Of a stretch of DNA of 64,000 bases, positions 1-9,945 are shown piece by piece. The translations under genes and the position numbers were made by a program. The DNA is from Pseudomonadota bacterium. Its GTDB lineage: Bacteria > Pseudomonadota > Alphaproteobacteria > Rhodobacterales > Rhodobacteraceae. The notes beneath the pieces are model-generated. The model had not been told where the DNA came from. It made no database searches and saw only the letters and a list, made by a program, of their open reading frames with translations. The stretch is from positions 402-64,401 of the forward strand of contig JBCDBB010000001.1 of the NCBI GenBank assembly GCA_039184415.1. Direction: 5' to 3'. Each line of letters begins with the position of its first letter. Within the stretch, counting starts at the first letter, position 1.

Positions 1-983
1 TGGTGCTCGCAGCCGTCGGATTTGACATCATCTCCGGCCAGCCACGCATGATCTTTTTCGACATGGTCGAGTTCCAGCGCGGTATCGGGTTTCTCGTGCT
101 CGCCATCGGCGTCTACGGCATCGGCGAGATGCTTTGGACCCTTGAGAGCACCAAGGGCAAGGTGCAGATGCACAATGTCAAAATCACCTGGGCCCGGATG
201 AAGGCGAACTTCGCCGAGATCCGCCTCTACATCAATTCGACCTGGGTCGGCTCGTTTCTGGGGTTCTTCGTCGGCACCTTGCCCGCTGCCGGGGCCACAC
301 CGGCCGCACTGATGTCCTACGGGCTGTCCAAGACCTTCTCAAAGGACCCCGACAGCTACGGCAAGGGCAATGTCGCCGGGGTCGCTGCGCCCGAGGCTGC
401 AAACAACGCCGCGTCTACCGGCTCTATGCTGCCGATGCTCACCCTGGGCATTCCCGGATCGCCCACGACTGCGATCCTGCTCGGCGGTATGATCATCTGG
501 GGCCTGAGACCCGGCCCCTTGCTCTTCACCGAAAGCCCCGATTTCGTTTGGGGTCTGATCGGCTCGCTCTACATTGCCAACTTGGCCACAGTTCTTTTGA
601 ACATCGCGCTTATCCCGATCTTCATCCGTGTGCTGGCGATGCCTTTCACGCTGCTTACGCCGATCATCTTTGTGCTGTGCGTACTGGGCGTATTTGCCAC
701 GACCGACCGGATGTTCGACACTTGGATCATGCTGCTCATCGGTGTGCTCGCCTACCTGCTGCGCAAACTCAACTATCCGGTCGCGCCAGCGGTGTTGGCC
801 ATCGTGCTCGGACCCCTGGCCGAACGCTCGCTTCGCCAATCGCTGATTTCGAGCCAGGGCGATCCGATGACCTTCCTTGAGCGGCCGATTTCGCTGACCT
901 GCGTCTTGCTCGCGGTCGCCCTGGCGTCGTATCCGATCATCCAGAAAGTCGTGCGCAACCGACGGGCGCGCCGCCCCGCCTGA
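1..983 (+). CDS. tctA: Tripartite tricarboxylate transporter large permease TctA, C-terminal part (5' end lies outside the window)
   Basis: Open frame runs from the window edge. Polytopic membrane protein with TctA-like segments (GTLPAAGATPAALMSYG, AAPEAANNAASTGSMLPMLTLGIPGS). Confidence 0.8.
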   Translation, partial: VLAAVGFDIISGQPRMIFFDMVEFQRGIGFLVLAIGVYGIGEMLWTLESTKGKVQMHNVKITWARMKANFAEIRLYINSTWVGSFLGFFVGTLPAAGATPAALMSYGLSKTFSKDPDSYGKGNVAGVAAPEAANNAASTGSMLPMLTLGIPGSPTTAILLGGMIIWGLRPGPLLFTESPDFVWGLIGSLYIANLATVLLNIALIPIFIRVLAMPFTLLTPIIFVLCVLGVFATTDRMFDTWIMLLIGVLAYLLRKLNYPVAPAVLAIVLGPLAERSLRQSLISSQGDPMTFLERPISLTCVLLAVALASYPIIQKVVRNRRARRPA

Positions 984-1069
984 CCACGGCCAGAAGGAAA
1001 ACGCTGGGGTCCGCTCACGCGGGCCCTAGTTTAATTTTAAAACAGTAAGAAAATCGAGGGAGCTCTTCC

Positions 1070-2122
1070 ATGGCCCGCAAAATCCTGATCCTCGGTGCCT
1101 CCTACGGCTCGCTGCTGGGCACCAAACTGCTGATGGCCGGCCAGGACGTGACACTGGTCTGCCGGCAGTCGACCGCAGACCTCATCAACGCCGAAGGCAC
1201 AGAGGTCCGCATCAAGCTGCGCGATGAAGACGAGCATCGCGCCTTCAAGTCCGGCGATCTGCCCGGGCATCTCGATGCCAAGGCGCCTGCCGATGTCGAT
1301 CCATCGGAGTACGACCTTGTCGCGCTGGCGATGTCAGAGCCGCAATATGGTTCTCAGGACATTCGCGACCTGCTGGGCCGCATTGCCGCTGCTGGTGTGC
1401 CGGCGCTGTCGATCATGAACATGCCGCCGCTACCTTATCTGCGACGGATCCCGGGGCTCGATGCCGATGCGCTCGAGCCCGCCTTCACCACCGCCGATGC
1501 ATGGGCCGGGTTCACGCCGGGGCTCGTCTCGCTCTGCAGCCCCGATCCCCAGGCCTTTCGTCCGCCGGAAACCGGGGGCAATGTGCTTCATGTCGGATTG
1601 CCGACCAACTTCAAGGCCGCGCCCTTCGAGGACCCTGCCCATACAGAAATGCTGCGTGAGCTGGAGGCCGCCATCGACGCGGTGCGGGTCGACGGCAAGG
1701 AGGTACCGGTGAAGCTGCGGGTCTATGACTCGCTTTTTGTCCCCTTCGCGAAATGGAGCATGCTGCTCACGGGGAATTATCGCTGCATTCTGCCCGACGG
1801 CGTGCAACCCATCAAAGAGGCTGTCCATGGCGACGTTGCGCAGTCCCAGGACATCTACAGCCGGATCGCCGCGATTGTCGAAGATCTCGGCGCGAGCCCG
1901 TCTGACAATGTGCCCTTCGAAAAATACGCCAACGCGGCGCAGGGCCTGCTGAAACCTTCATCGGCGGCGCGGGCCATCGATGGGGGTGCGGACCGGATTG
2001 AACGAGTGGACATGCTGGTCAAGCTCATTGCCGATCAGAAAGGGCAGAGCATCGCCGCCCTTGACGAGACCGTGAAAACAGTCAACGACCGGCTCGCACA
2101 GAACGGTCCGGACGCTGCCTGA
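1070..2122 (+). CDS. Uncharacterized NAD(P)-binding oxidoreductase (ketopantoate-reductase/ApbA-like fold)
   Basis: N-terminal Rossmann motif KILILGASYGSLLGTKL. GAGGGAG Shine-Dalgarno upstream of the ATG. Clean 350-aa ORF. Confidence 0.6.
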   Translation: MARKILILGASYGSLLGTKLLMAGQDVTLVCRQSTADLINAEGTEVRIKLRDEDEHRAFKSGDLPGHLDAKAPADVDPSEYDLVALAMSEPQYGSQDIRDLLGRIAAAGVPALSIMNMPPLPYLRRIPGLDADALEPAFTTADAWAGFTPGLVSLCSPDPQAFRPPETGGNVLHVGLPTNFKAAPFEDPAHTEMLRELEAAIDAVRVDGKEVPVKLRVYDSLFVPFAKWSMLLTGNYRCILPDGVQPIKEAVHGDVAQSQDIYSRIAAIVEDLGASPSDNVPFEKYANAAQGLLKPSSAARAIDGGADRIERVDMLVKLIADQKGQSIAALDETVKTVNDRLAQNGPDAA

Positions 2123-2983
2123 CCGGTCCTGAAACAGCTCGCAGAGGGGGCGTCCGCGTCCCCTATGCGGCAAACCGGAAAGGTTTGGGGCGCTTTACTG
2201 AGTAGGGTTGGTGCGCGCGCCGACGGCTCGGGGTTTCGCCCCAACTCATATCTCAGACGACTGCCGCCGCACACTTCGAACAATCCTGAGAGTAGAAGAC
2301 TAAGGCGTCGCAAATCGAACCTACCGGCCAAACGGTCGTAATCTAAAGGCGCACAAAACTCCCGGTGTCTTTGCTGCCCCACCGTGCCAGCCGTGCATTG
2401 CGCATCTATAGCATCCCACTCCCAGTCAGCCCGCGCCCGCCATTTTCGTCGGTCCGCTACATCGCACTGGGCTGTCTTGGCGCTGCCAGCATATCGGTTT
2501 GCGACCGACGTGTTGCTGACTCAAAAGATGTGCGGCTCGCCCGTCTCCCGGGCGCAGGAAGCCACACACTGGTGACGTTGTCAGGGCATACGGGAACGGC
2601 TGGACGCCCTGGCCCATGTCGGCCGGTTCGCTGGCGAACCCCCGTGCACAAAGTCGGAGACACGCGGGCGTGTAGATGAGGCACTAACACTGTTGGCCGA
2701 TCTAGGTTCTCACGCGCTCCACACTGAGGACGAGCCGACCGTTTTGCTGGAGCTGCCGACCGGTATGAACTCCGGCCTGACCGGAGCGCAATGCGCGGGG
2801 CTGCGCACTACCGAAGTTAGTTTCCACCTGTTGAGAGCCGACGCCGTCCTGTGAACCAAGGGCCTCGTACTCGGGAACGCTGATTTGTTCCTTACATGTT
2901 GGCATTTCTTCAACCCGGGGCGATGCCCGTCAGAGAAGGTTGTTCCAACGCCAGCGGCAGAGCTTTGCGCGCGGCGGCGCTGT

Positions 2984-3349
2984 CTAGCTCTGCGACAACC
3001 AGGCCAGCGCCGCATCGCGGTCGGCATAGGGAAAATGCCGAAAGTTCTGGTGCACGAAGGTCTTGGCCATAAGTGCCGCCAGTTCGGCGAATTTCGCATC
3101 GCTGACGAGTGCAACCTTCTCAACCTTCTTGTGGAACTCGGCGACAAACTTGACGTGGCTAACAAAGGCGGAGACGCCCTAGTATCCCGGAAAGCTCTGC
3201 GCGTCGATCAACAGGCCACGGATATCCTTGTGATCGGCAAGATAGGTCTCGACCGCCTGACGCAGCGCCGCGATTTCCGGTTTCGATAACTCGCCATCGG
3301 GCTTGAGCACAAGAATCCCAGCTTTGTCGATGAAATGGTGATGCAGCAC
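2984..3349 (-). pseudogene. STAS/SpoIIAA-like small protein gene interrupted by one in-frame TAG (+ strand cta at 3179-3181)
   Basis: My own minus-strand translation from a GTG preceded by GGAGG: MLHHHFIDKAGILVLKPDGELSKPEIAALRQAVETYLADHKDIRGLLIDAQSFPGY*GVSAFVSHVKFVAEFHKKVEKVALVSDAKFAELAALMAKTFVHQNFRHFPYADRDAALAWLSQS. The ORF track shows it only as fragments because of the stop. Confidence 0.6.
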
Positions 3350-3665
3350 TGGTTGGTCCTCCCCATCAATTGCGCGCTGAATTCAAGCTTTCGGCGGAGT
3401 GTTGGATGCGGTCAACTGCAGGCCGGAGCTATGGCTGTCCAGTCCTTCGAAGCACCGGCACAGAAAAAGGAAGAGGTTTCCGTACCTAGGAGGGACGGAT
3501 ACAGGTTCCGCGTTGCGAGACCCGTACTGCGTCATGCGGGCCGGGCGCGCTGTGGAGTTTCACCGCTATGACCGGTGGCATGACATATCGCAGCGTCCGC
3601 GCATGGACACTCCCTGCCCCAAGCCGTTACGTTGCTGTTATGAGTCACTCCGGTAAGCCCGTCCA

Positions 3666-4721
3666 ATGACCGCCGAACCACCCATTCCACCAGAAGGCAC
3701 CGATCCGCGCCGTCCTTTGACCTTGCGGGACGTGTCCGAAGCATCCGGTGTCAGCGAAATGACTGTAAGCCGCGTTCTGCGCAATCGCGGCGACGTTTCC
3801 GACAAGACCCGCGCCAAGGTCCTGGAGGCGGCGAAACGGCTCGGCTACGTTCCCAACAAGATCGCCGGCGCGCTTGCGTCGCAGCGCGTGAACCTTGTCG
3901 CCGTGATCATTCCGTCGATGTCGAACCTGGTTTTTCCCGAGGTGATGACCGGGATCACCTCGGTGCTCGACGACACACCGCTGCAACCGGTGATCGGGAT
4001 CACAAATTACAAACCCGACAAAGAAGAGGAAGTGCTCTACGAGATGCTCTCCTGGCGCCCTTCGGGGGTGATCATCGCCGGGCTGGAACATACCGAACCT
4101 GCCAAGGCAATGCTGCGCAACGCAGGCATCCCCATCGTCGAGATTATGGACACGGATGGCGAGCCGATCGACGCTATGGTCGGGATCTCTCACCGCCGCG
4201 CGGGTCGGGTGATGGGGGAAGCCATCGTCGCCGCGGGGCACCGGCGCATCGGCTTCATGGGCACGAAAATGCCGCTCGACCACCGGGCGCGTAAACGGTT
4301 CGAGGGTTTCACCCTGGCGCTGGCCAAGGCCGGCATCGAGATCGAAGACCGCGAGTTTTACTCGGGCGGTTCGGGTCTCGTGAAGGGCCGCGAACTTACC
4401 GCGGAGATGCTGAAGCGCAGCCCCGATCTGGATTTCATATATTATTCCAATGACATGATCGCGGCAGGCGGCTTGCTCTGGTGCCAGGAGGTGGGCATCG
4501 ACGTGCCCGAACAGCTGGGGCTTGCCGGCTTTAATGGGCTCAACCTGCTCAAGGGACTGCCAAAGCAGGTGGCCACGACCGATGCCTGCCGCGCAGAGAT
4601 CGGGCGCACAGCGGCCGAGATCATCGCCCGTCGCGCTGCAAACCCCGACCTTCCCGGCGGCGACCGGATCATGCTCGACCCGCCGCTGGAACCAGGGGAC
4701 ACGTTGCGGCCCATTGGGTGA
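3666..4721 (+). CDS. LacI-family transcriptional regulator
   Basis: N-terminal HTH (LTLRDVSEASGVSEMTVSRVLRN) followed by a periplasmic-binding-protein-like sugar-binding fold. Confidence 0.85.
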   Translation: MTAEPPIPPEGTDPRRPLTLRDVSEASGVSEMTVSRVLRNRGDVSDKTRAKVLEAAKRLGYVPNKIAGALASQRVNLVAVIIPSMSNLVFPEVMTGITSVLDDTPLQPVIGITNYKPDKEEEVLYEMLSWRPSGVIIAGLEHTEPAKAMLRNAGIPIVEIMDTDGEPIDAMVGISHRRAGRVMGEAIVAAGHRRIGFMGTKMPLDHRARKRFEGFTLALAKAGIEIEDREFYSGGSGLVKGRELTAEMLKRSPDLDFIYYSNDMIAAGGLLWCQEVGIDVPEQLGLAGFNGLNLLKGLPKQVATTDACRAEIGRTAAEIIARRAANPDLPGGDRIMLDPPLEPGDTLRPIG

Positions 4722-4832
4722 CGCGTGGCGTGGGCAGAGCTTTGACGCGTGGCCCTTTCTGCAGGCCTTTTGCTGAGCCACTCTCTGTAAACCCGAAAGA
4801 GCGTTGAGAGCACAGCCTGTCGACCCTCACGG

Positions 4833-5249
4833 TCAGGAGTTTAGCGCAACTTTCAGGACGTCATCGACATTCCGGCTGCAGGCGACCTGCCCGGACAGAA
4901 CATGCTCAACCGGCCGCCAACCGGCTTCGCTCACATCATCCCGAGCCACCGGCTCACCAGAGCGGTAACTGCAGAGCACCGCCGCAAGCAGGAAGTGAAA
5001 CCGCACCCTACCGTCCCCGTCGCGGAGAATTACGTCGACATTGGTCAGATAGCGCTCCGGCCGCGCGAACACGCCAGTTTCCTCCTGCAGCTCGCGGACG
5101 GCGGCATCCAATGCGCTCTCTCCAAGATCGACATGGCCGCCAGGAAAGCCCCAAAGCCCTGCGTCGGGTTCATTCCGGCGCCGGACCAGAAGAACCTCCT
5201 CGCCTCGGATCACCACGGCGAGGGCGGCAAGTTTCGGAGCGGCAATCAT
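4833..5249 (-). CDS. NUDIX hydrolase
   Basis: Nudix box GGHVDLGESALDAAVRELQEETGV. Confidence 0.85.
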   Translation of the reverse strand: MIAAPKLAALAVVIRGEEVLLVRRRNEPDAGLWGFPGGHVDLGESALDAAVRELQEETGVFARPERYLTNVDVILRDGDGRVRFHFLLAAVLCSYRSGEPVARDDVSEAGWRPVEHVLSGQVACSRNVDDVLKVALNS

Positions 5250-5287
5250 GAAGCCGGCATCTCAGTTCGGGACAGCATCAGAGAGCA

Positions 5288-6274
5288 TCAGGCTTGCTGC
5301 CCGACGCTCTCTGGTGGGTCGGAACGCTCGCGCTCCAGTTCCGGCGCCGGACGGGCCGCGGCCATAGCGGCTTCGGGCGCTGTGCTGACCACCGCAGCCG
5401 CGGGCAGATGTTCTGCGACGAGCTCGGCGTTCAGCGTTGCCCCCAGCAACACCGACAAGATCGACAGATAGAGAAACATCAGCAACGCGATGATCGCCCC
5501 GATGGAGCCGTAGACGCCGCTATAGGCGTCAGCATAGGAGAGATAGTGGGAAAACCCCCAGGATGCTGGGGCCCAGACCCCGATGGCCAGGAGCGCCCCC
5601 GGTGAAAAGAGACGCACCCGCGCCCCGGGTCCGTTCGGCGCGAAACGATAGAGCAGCCAGATCCCGCCAAAGACCACGCCCACCGCGAGCAGCCACCGCA
5701 GCCCGGTTAAAAGCCCCCCGGTTGCAAACTCCACCACCTCTTGGGGAATGACTTCGGCGAAAACGTCCAGCGTCAGCACACGCACGACAACCGGTATCGC
5801 CACAAGGGCAAGCGCCGAGACGGCCACCACCAGTATCAGAGCGAGCGTCAAGCCGAGCGCCATAAGGTTGGCCAGTATGCCGCCACGCTGCGGTACGCCG
5901 TAGATCGCGTTCATCGCCCGGATCAGCGCATCGGTTCCGCGTCGGGCGGACCAGAGCGCTGCAAGCGTGGTCAGAACCGTCGTCCAGCCCAGCGTTTCGG
6001 GATTGGCCGATACCAGTCGCGTGACCTGTTCCTTCAGGATGGCAAATGCCTCTTGCGGCACGAAGTCTTTCAACACGTCCAGTTGAGTCTGAATGAGAGT
6101 TGGATCGGTGAAGAGTCCGACAAGTGCAATCAGAGCAGCCAATGCGGGAAAGAGCGACAGCATTGCGAAGAACGCGCCGCCGGCGGCGACTAGCGATAGG
6201 TTTGCGGCGTCGCTGCGGGCCATGATGCCCCTCAGTATGGTCCATACCCGCTGGGCGGTGGCAATCAGCCGCAT
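5288..6274 (-). CDS. YihY/BrkB-family membrane protein
   Basis: MRLIATAQRVWTILRGIMARSDAANLSLVAAGGAFFAMLSLFPALAAL and multiple TM segments. I chose the internal ATG at 6274 because the upstream 89 codons of the ORF are Arg/Gly-rich and not protein-like. Confidence 0.75.
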   Translation of the reverse strand: MRLIATAQRVWTILRGIMARSDAANLSLVAAGGAFFAMLSLFPALAALIALVGLFTDPTLIQTQLDVLKDFVPQEAFAILKEQVTRLVSANPETLGWTTVLTTLAALWSARRGTDALIRAMNAIYGVPQRGGILANLMALGLTLALILVVAVSALALVAIPVVVRVLTLDVFAEVIPQEVVEFATGGLLTGLRWLLAVGVVFGGIWLLYRFAPNGPGARVRLFSPGALLAIGVWAPASWGFSHYLSYADAYSGVYGSIGAIIALLMFLYLSILSVLLGATLNAELVAEHLPAAAVVSTAPEAAMAAARPAPELERERSDPPESVGQQA

Positions 6275-6443
6275 GAAGGCTCTCCAATGTCTGTCAGGCC
6301 CTCTATAGCTTGGGTCCGTCCGCCAGGCGTGCGCAAAAGCCTCGTATCTTTCCTGACAGGCAAACTGTAAACTACACTGGACGTTATTCCGTACTGCACC
6401 CATCTCAGCTGTATGTGCCTCTGACGGAAAAGGAAACACCGCC

Positions 6444-7682
6444 ATGCTGGACGGCCATCGGACCGCGCCCGGCCTGACCGCACCGACACCGCCGCCGGCC
6501 CTACCCCGCCGCCTGTGCACCGATTGCGGCCTGTCGCGCACCGGAATGGCACGGGCCTGCGGAACAGCCTGCCAGTTCCTGAAGCCGGACTATGAGGGAC
6601 TGGAAACCCAGGTCCATGGCCGCGTGCGTGACCGGCGTGGGGACGAACAGTTCTTTGGCCCGGTGCGTGCGATGTACCGTGCTGCTCTGCGAAACCCGCG
6701 CGACGGCGCACAATGGACCGGTCTGACCACGCGGATCGCCGAGAGGTTATTGGAGGACAAAGCGGTCGACGCCGTGCTCACCGTGGGGCCGGACCCGACG
6801 GACCGTTGGCGTCCGCGCCCTGTCATGGTGACCGATCCCGCCGCAATGGCCGATGTCCGCGGCATGCGTATGGGGTACGCGCCGCTGCTGGCGCTCTTGG
6901 AACCGGCGGCGGCCGCGGGCTATCGGCGCGTCGCCGTGATCGGCATTCCCTGCCAGATCCACGCCTTGCGCGCGATCGAGCGCACGCTCGGGTTCGAGCG
7001 TATCTATGTCATCGGCACGCCCTGCTCGGACAACACTTCGACCGAGAACTTCCGTGTATTCCTTAATCTGCTGACCGACCGGCCCGACGAGGTGACCTAT
7101 CTGGAGTTTCGTGCGGACTATCACGTCGAGTTGCGCTTTGCCGACGGGGCCAAGCGCCTGATCCCGTTTCTGAAACTGCCGATCTCGGATCTACCGAACG
7201 ACTTCTTTCCCCTGACCTGCCGCACGTGTGTTGATTACACCAACGCACTGGCCGACATCACCGTCGGCTACATGGCCGGAGAAGGCGAACAATGGCTTCT
7301 GGTCCGCAATTTGCGCGGCCAAGAGATGCTGGATTTGCTCGGAGACGAGGTCACGCTCACCGCGCCGCGATCTGCCGGAAACCGCGTCAATGCGGTCAAA
7401 GGTTTCGTGGAAAACACACGCCGCGCTGCCGGCGGTCTGCCGCTGCGGCGGATGCCCAACTGGGCTCGCACGGTCGTGGGCTGGCTGATGCCGCGCATCG
7501 GACCGCGCGGGCTAGAGTTCGCCCGGGCCCGGGTCGAGATGAAGGCCGCCGAGACCGTGCTTCACCTGCGTCATAGCCACCCGCGCGGGCTGCGCTCGAT
7601 GGTGCCTGACCATGTCTGGCGCATCGTTGCGCCCTACGGGCTGTCTCCGGAGGACAACGAGTTGCCTCGTAGATCCGACTGA
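6444..7682 (+). CDS. Coenzyme F420 hydrogenase/dehydrogenase beta-subunit (FrhB/HCAR-like) family Fe-S flavoprotein
   Basis: N-terminal Cys cluster CTDCGLSR...ACGTACQFL...VHGR and a FrhB-like core (AVIGIPCQIHALR, VIGTPCSDN). Start codon uncertain. Confidence 0.65.
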   Translation: MLDGHRTAPGLTAPTPPPALPRRLCTDCGLSRTGMARACGTACQFLKPDYEGLETQVHGRVRDRRGDEQFFGPVRAMYRAALRNPRDGAQWTGLTTRIAERLLEDKAVDAVLTVGPDPTDRWRPRPVMVTDPAAMADVRGMRMGYAPLLALLEPAAAAGYRRVAVIGIPCQIHALRAIERTLGFERIYVIGTPCSDNTSTENFRVFLNLLTDRPDEVTYLEFRADYHVELRFADGAKRLIPFLKLPISDLPNDFFPLTCRTCVDYTNALADITVGYMAGEGEQWLLVRNLRGQEMLDLLGDEVTLTAPRSAGNRVNAVKGFVENTRRAAGGLPLRRMPNWARTVVGWLMPRIGPRGLEFARARVEMKAAETVLHLRHSHPRGLRSMVPDHVWRIVAPYGLSPEDNELPRRSD

Positions 7683-7791
7683 GGCGGAGCGATTTGTCTG
7701 GTCGTTGCGGGATCCGACTTTCGCTTTCAGTTCGGACACCCCCTCGGCGCTGAGCCGGAAGGCGGTCAATCACTCTTTGACTACGTGGTGA

Positions 7792-9605
7792 TCAGCCGAC
7801 CGGCTCACCATCGTCACGCCTTTCAGCAATGACCGCGGAGCGTGAGGGCGCAGTGCCATCGGGCCAGACACTATCTTCGTCGCCAGGTTGCTGAACACCC
7901 ACGAACATCGTGCGACGATCGTCAGACTAAGCGAGGCGGTGATTTTCGCAGTCCTTGGGACCGGTCAGGAACCGGGCGGTCTCGCGCTAGAGAAGATCGC
8001 CAGCGAGCATCTGCTCGTTGCCCATCCCATCGAAGTCGCCTTCGTTGCTGTCATTGCCATCGGTCTGGATTCAGACGAAACCCTTTCTGTCGAAGTCCGT
8101 CCCGTCGGGCACGTTGAACATGTTGCCCAGCGTAGAGTTCGAAGACCCGGCATAGGCCTCCCAGTGCACCTCCAGGTTGCCGGTCATCAGGCACGATCCC
8201 AAGCGAAACCATCGGCCGTGTGGTCCTCACAGTCGGGACGCCCGCGCACAATCTGGCCGCAATTATTGGCCTCGCGCGGGTTCGGGCCGCTGACCGGCGT
8301 CTCATCGCGACCCGCATCGGGGCGCAGGCCCCCCGCGCGGGTTGTTGGTCGGGGAGCAATAGGCATCTGCAGCCGCCGGATTCACCAAGATCCACTCGGG
8401 ACGATCCGTCGTTGTCGCACCGATCGCGGAGTCGGCCTTGCGCGCGAAGATCAGGATTTCAGGCATCTCCATACCCTTGGTCTCCGGTGTCAGCGGCCAC
8501 GCGCCGGTCATGTCGTCGTTGATCCTGGCGACTTAGAGCGAGCCATCGTCCAGCAGGCATTGGGTGGACTCGCCCGGCGTATGGGCGCCGTTGGATACGG
8601 GGCAATAGCTGACCTCTCCGCGCTCATAATCGCTAAGATAGACGACTACGCGGCTGCTTTCGGCGATGAAGGCTTCGGCATTCGCGTGCTTGAGGCGGCC
8701 TGGACCAGTGTGTTTTACCGGCGGGCGACGGGACTGGCCGGGTCTATCTCGGCCACCCGGCCAAAGCGATGCGGCTCGTTGGGGTTCTTCGACGTGTCGA
8801 AGCGCGGATCGAACTCTTCCTAGTGGTAGCGCTCCTTGGTACCGACGTCCTAGCGTGCGTAGCCGTCAACCTGCTGGACCGGCTTCTGGTCTTCTTCCGC
8901 TTCGGTCACGCCGAGATAACCGTTGAAGTTCTCTTCGCAGGTCAGGCAGGAGTCCAAGGGCATCTTGCCGGAAACACAATTGTCAATCGTACCGAGCGAC
9001 TGGGTGCCGGTGGGATCGGCCTCGGTCTTCAGCAGGTCGTGACCGGCAGCAGGGCCTGCGATCTACATCGGCAAGCGGTGGGGGATCATGCGGTTGAGCG
9101 GGCTGTCCTTGACGAGCGCCCAGCCGTCCGGGGTTTCGGTGATTTCCATCACGCTCACGTCCTGGTGATTCTGCAGCTTGGTGACGTTGTCGGCGCCCGG
9201 GGCGACGCCATCCTGACCGGCCGCAAGGTTGAGCTTCGGATTGACGTGCTCGTGGTCGATCACAATCACCTCGCGGGCGTCGACCAGAAAGGTCTCCATA
9301 CGATCGGTTCTCGCTAAAGATGCGATCAGAGGCTTCGACGGGACCGCCATTCTGGGTCTCATCATTACCGTCGGCATCGGAAAAGAGGCGATTGACCCAG
9401 CACGCGACAACCCTCCTGTTGTAACCTTCGGGCACATGAACAAGATCGTCGGTCTGGATGTCGATCGGGGTGAAGGGGAAGGTTGCGGCGCCTTGCGCCT
9501 GAGCCGATGTCGACTCAGCAGTCCTGTCCCCAAGGCAGCAGCGCCTGAGCCAAAGGCGAGCACCCCTGCAATTGAGCGGCGCCGCGAGATCGCACGTTCG
9601 ATCAC
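7792..9605 (-). pseudogene. phoX: Alkaline phosphatase PhoX (DUF839) pseudogene with multiple frameshifts and in-frame stops
   Basis: Tat signal MIERAISRRRSIAGVLAFGSGAAALG. PhoX-like blocks are spread over at least 2 frames (FTPIDIQTDDLVHVPEGYNRRVVA; VIVIDHEHVNP; VVVYLSDYERGEVSY; GSL*VARINDDMTGAWPLTPE; GVQQPGDEDSVWPDGTAPSRSAVIAERRDDGEPVG*). Several TAG/TAA/TGA stops are seen in my own translation. Confidence 0.8.
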
Positions 9606-9895
9606 CTAGTCGAAGTCGTTCTCTGCTAGTCGAAGTCATTTTCTGCAATTCACGGGAAGTGGTGCTCGTCCCAGCTCAGTTTGGACATGTCGATATCAGT
9701 CGTGAGTACCTCCGGTCGTGTCATTGCGGTTCCTAGACAAGGCACGGGTTTAGGGTGGGGGCTCCGTGAAACTGAGATGACGGAGACGGCCTGTTTGTGC
9801 CGGACCCGTGACTTTTCTCGTCGGATGGTAATCGACTGGTTGAAGCCTACTGATCCGCGGGGACCGCTGCGCTTTTCGAGGATGGACTCGCCATG

Positions 9896-9910
9896 GAACA
9901 AAAGGGGAAT
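9896..9910 (+). promoter_or_regulatory. Candidate alphaproteobacterial LexA (SOS) box, GAAC-N7-GAAT
   Basis: GAACaaaagggGAAT lies 36 nt upstream of the dnaE2 ATG. One mismatch to the GAAC-N7-GAAC direct-repeat consensus. Confidence 0.35.
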
Positions 9911-9945
9911 ATACTGAGCTCAGACCCACAGCGATATCGGCCGCC

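Noticed and set aside
2123-2984. tmRNA, RNase P, tRNA-like or other known ncRNA in the ORF-poor gap
   Set aside because: I looked for an ANDN-type tag reading frame, a GGTTCGA T-loop with a matching stem, and the RNase P GAGGAAAGTCC motif, and found none. The region is left unexplained.
3179-3181. Idea that TAG is reassigned or suppressed (TAG appears at probable Trp positions in the STAS gene and twice in phoX)
   Set aside because: TAG is used as a normal terminator by intact genes here (the RTX gene, petC, rpmE, DUF2125). phoX also carries TAA/TGA stops and frameshifts. Simple G-to-A decay explains it.
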